Assembly (NCBI RefSeq): GCF_001194135.2
Contig: NC_068981.1
Span: forward strand, 159,001,968-159,065,967
Source: Octopus bimaculoides
Lineage: Eukaryota
Length of the DNA stretch: 64,000 nucleotides
Direction of reading: 5' to 3'
In this document: piece by piece, positions 60,696-64,000 of the stretch
Layout of the letters: every line of letters starts with the position of its first letter
Numbering within the stretch: the stretch's first letter is position 1
The notes under the pieces: model-generated
What the model saw: only the letters and a program-made list of their open reading frames with translations
What the model was told of the DNA's origin: nothing
Database searches by the model: none
Translations under genes and position numbers: made by a program

Positions 60696-63068
60696 TGCTT
60701 CAACACACGAAATCACATAAAAAATCTTGCAAACCAAATCCCAAAACGAAATTATCAGTATTATTATTGTTAAAAAATAAAGAAAAAACATTTCAGATAA
60801 ATTATTTATGCAAAATTACATTTTATTGTTTTTGAGTTAGAATCTAATTTTGCTGTAGGAATATGTCAGCTACTAGGCGGTCTGAGGTTTCAGGCGTAAC
60901 TGTGGTGCTCATACAAGGGAGATCACTGTGTTATGTATAGTTTAGTACAAATATTGTTTATCTTTACTCTGGTAGGCTGTGATTCCAATATGCAATGTAA
61001 TGAAGTATATTGTATATATATGGGGGTAGTCCTTACATTTTAATAAACTTAAACAACTCGAGGATTCTGAAAAGACGTTTAGTGCAATCAATTTCTTTTA
61101 ATCACAAACCAAATTGCCCTCACAAATGACATATTATAAATTAAATATGAAAGTGAAAAAAATTTGTATGTCTTTATTTGAAATACATTTTCAATAATGC
61201 TAATTTCTCTATGAAACCAATATTAATTTTTATTATGATTAAAATCAATATCTCCTAATTATTTAGAAGTATATACACAACGTAGTCATGGATCTCCCTC
61301 GTGATGCGAAAGTGGATGAATATAAAATTGTTCTGATTTCTTCAGTTTTGGTCGAACTTGATTACCTCCCTTCATATATTTAAAATGCATGCTCCTCAAC
61401 TTTTAAAATATTCCAATATATATCAATATATAATTTATGTATTTTGTATAGGAAATAATCTCTCTATGAATCGAATATGAAATGAAATATCACAGCTTTA
61501 TTAATCTTATGACTTATCAAATTTCACAAAAAGACTGTAGAGATCAAAACCGTCCAGTAGAGTCTACAATATTAATTTGACCTCCAAATTTCTGGTACAA
61601 TGAATTAAAGAAGTGAAAAGAAGTTAAGCCTATATCACAGATTCAGATGACTCAGACTTTACTATTAATGACATGGTACTTGCCTGCACATAATGAGTTA
61701 CTTGAAGTGACCAGTATCATTGTTTTAATACCTGTTTTTCTATGTTGGAGTGGGAGGGATGCATGTGATGTACAGAATCTACATGTCTCAATCTTGTGTT
61801 GTCACATTAGTGAAACTGTATTTTGAGATGTGACCTCATCAATTAATTCTATACCTCTTACTGTTTTCCTCTCCCTACATATCCATTGACAGTATACAAC
61901 AATTATAATGCATTCAATGTAGAAGGCAACATACATAATGCACTGCACAATGAGATGGAATCCAGAATCATCTTCAGCCACACAGTCTTGCCAACGACCA
62001 TATCACAGCTTCTATATCACTTTCTATAAAATAGCTCAGTTTTCAGATCTATTGAAGAAATATTTTACACAGATTAACTCACCATGCCAAACTGTAATTT
62101 CGTGTTGCTTATTTTGTCTGTTTTGATAAGTGTAGATATAGGGATTCCAGTTACACCCTTTTCTGAAATAAATAATTTATAAATAATTAATCATTTACTT
62201 CTTTTGAATAAAATAAATATTTGATGGTAATGAAATAAAATACATATCTTGATGGGTTTCAGTCAAGTTGAACACACAAAATAAATATATAAATAATCCA
62301 CACACATAGACTGGTAGTCTGATTCAAACTTTACTTGTAAGGAGCATGGTATAAGGCTATGAGATAAACGTACTAGCCAAGCCTCTAATTAAGGTACATT
62401 GCTCGCTTTAGGATAATAACTTCAAGGACACATCACATGAAAAGCAATATTTAAGTTAGTGTTAATATATGTAATGTAGGGAGCAAATACTTGAGACACC
62501 TCTGAACAGTGGTTCTTAACCTAAATAATATAGTACCTCCCTGGGAATATTGTGATCCTGCAAAAGGGCAACAAATGTGTGTGTATGTATGCATGTGTGT
62601 GTGTGTGTGTGTAAATACATACACACAGAGAGGGTAAAAACCCCCTTTGGTCATGAATGACCATGGAATTACACCTTGAAAGTTACCCTCCGATGCACAA
62701 GTTCAGGCAAGGTTATTTATGGAAGACCAGCAGTCGCCCATGCATACCAGCCCCCCTCTTCACACAACTGATATTCTCCAAGGGAAAGGCAGAGGCTGAT
62801 ACAGGTTGGCACCAGTGATGTTACAACTCATTTCTACAGCTGAGTGAACTGGAACAATGCGAAATAAAGTGGCTTGCTCAAGAACACAACACACCACCTG
62901 GTCTGAAAATTGAACTCACTACCTCATGTTTGTGTGCCTGATGTTCTAACCACTGAGCCATGTGCCTTCACACACATATATATGTGTATCATTCATTATT
63001 ATTAATAATAATAAAGAGTAAGGAGGCTTGTTCATCCACAAAATTTATTTTACAATTTTAAACTCCAC

Positions 63069-63500
63069 TTGCGAAGACCTGTTGAGGCAAGTGAAATAGA
63101 AATCGAGTTAAATTTGACGTCTGGCATCCATGCCAACGTCGTCTCCCTCATTGGACATGAAACTCAGCTTGCGAAGACTTATTGGGGCAAGCGACAGCGA
63201 AATTGTGATGGCACCTGTGCCCAGCGTCGCCTTTCTGGCACTTGTGCGGGTGGCACATAAAATACACCATTTTGAGCGTGGCCGTTGCCAGTACCGCCTG
63301 ACTGGCCTTCGTGTCGGTGGCACGTAAAAAGCACCCACTACACTCTCTGAGTGGTTGGCGTTAGGAAGGGCATCCTGCTGTAGAAACTCTGCCAAATCAG
63401 ATTGGAGCCTGGTGTAGCCATCTGGTTTCACCAGTCCTCAGTCAAATCGTCCAACCCATGCTAGCATGGAAAGCGGACGTTAAATGACGACGATGATGTT
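63069..63500 (+). mobile_element. Young RTE 3' UTR-derived element with (GAT/GAC)n tail
   Basis: Ends ccatgctagcatggaaagcggacgttaaatgacgacgatgatg. Confidence 0.85.
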
Positions 63501-63504
63501 GATA

Positions 63505-63704
63505 ATATTATAATGACCTACTGCACAGACTACTGGCCGTTTTCACTGCACAGACTACTGGCTGTTGCAGACGCAGTCTCAAAGTGATTTTGAGACTGAC
63601 CAAACGGATAGACCCTGAAGAAGCTGCACTGATAATAGTTCCAGGCTGCATCTGCAACTGCCAGTAGCCTGTGCAATGGAAACACACGTAGGTCATTATA
63701 ATAT
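63505..63704. mobile_element. Palindromic MITE-like element with 17-bp perfect terminal IRs
   Basis: atattataatgacctac ... gtaggtcattataatat, with an internal ~31-bp IR and a 10-bp hairpin cagtctcaaa-gtgat-tttgagactg. Confidence 0.8.
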
Positions 63705-64000
63705 GCTGTATAAAATTGTAAAATTAATTTTGTGGATGAACAAATAATATACACTCCAGACAGTTTTACTGTCCAGCAAAGCATACATGGAATTACCCAT
63801 CAAAAGAATTCACAGAGTGACTGTCAGCAAACAATAGCCACAGACATTAAATACTGATCAAAGTAACTGAGAGCCAATATAGTATCTGCCCAGATAACAT
63901 ATCCTTCCAAATACACATTTATATGTGTATGTGTGTGTCTTTGTGCATGTGTGTGTGTGTGTGTGTGCGTGCATGCATGTGTGTGTATATATATATATAT

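Noticed and set aside
1-64000. CRISPR arrays, operons or other prokaryotic systems
   Set aside because: The sequence is clearly eukaryotic (spliceosomal introns, SINEs), with no regularly spaced repeat-spacer arrays.

Overview
AT-rich, repeat-dense animal genomic scaffold with seven N-gaps, almost all next to microsatellites. The SINE and RTE repeat families look like those of Octopus; that species call is an inference from repeat similarity. One protein-coding gene is supported. It is a + strand ADAP1/centaurin-alpha orthologue (ArfGAP with dual PH domains) with 8 coding exons at 17607-51728, all GT-AG and phase-consistent, giving about 356 aa. The first coding exon (start codon and first CxxC) was not found in the window. 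The rest is transposon debris: DD37D mariner, a Chapaev3-like DNA transposon, a short-LTR Gypsy remnant, RTE and CR1/L2 LINE fragments, tRNA-derived SINEs, Helitron ends and MITEs. The most interesting signals are non-coding RNA structures. Three + strand type-I hammerhead-ribozyme-like motifs are present: one inside a 352-bp partially tandem unit resembling a retrozyme or Penelope pLTR, one with an intact core in the last ADAP1 intron, and one CpG-decayed. Downstream of the gene, a pri-miRNA-like perfect hairpin sits in a cluster of unrelated fold-back elements. An inverted young SINE pair brackets three exons that total 435 nt in frame. No prokaryotic systems or CRISPR arrays were seen.
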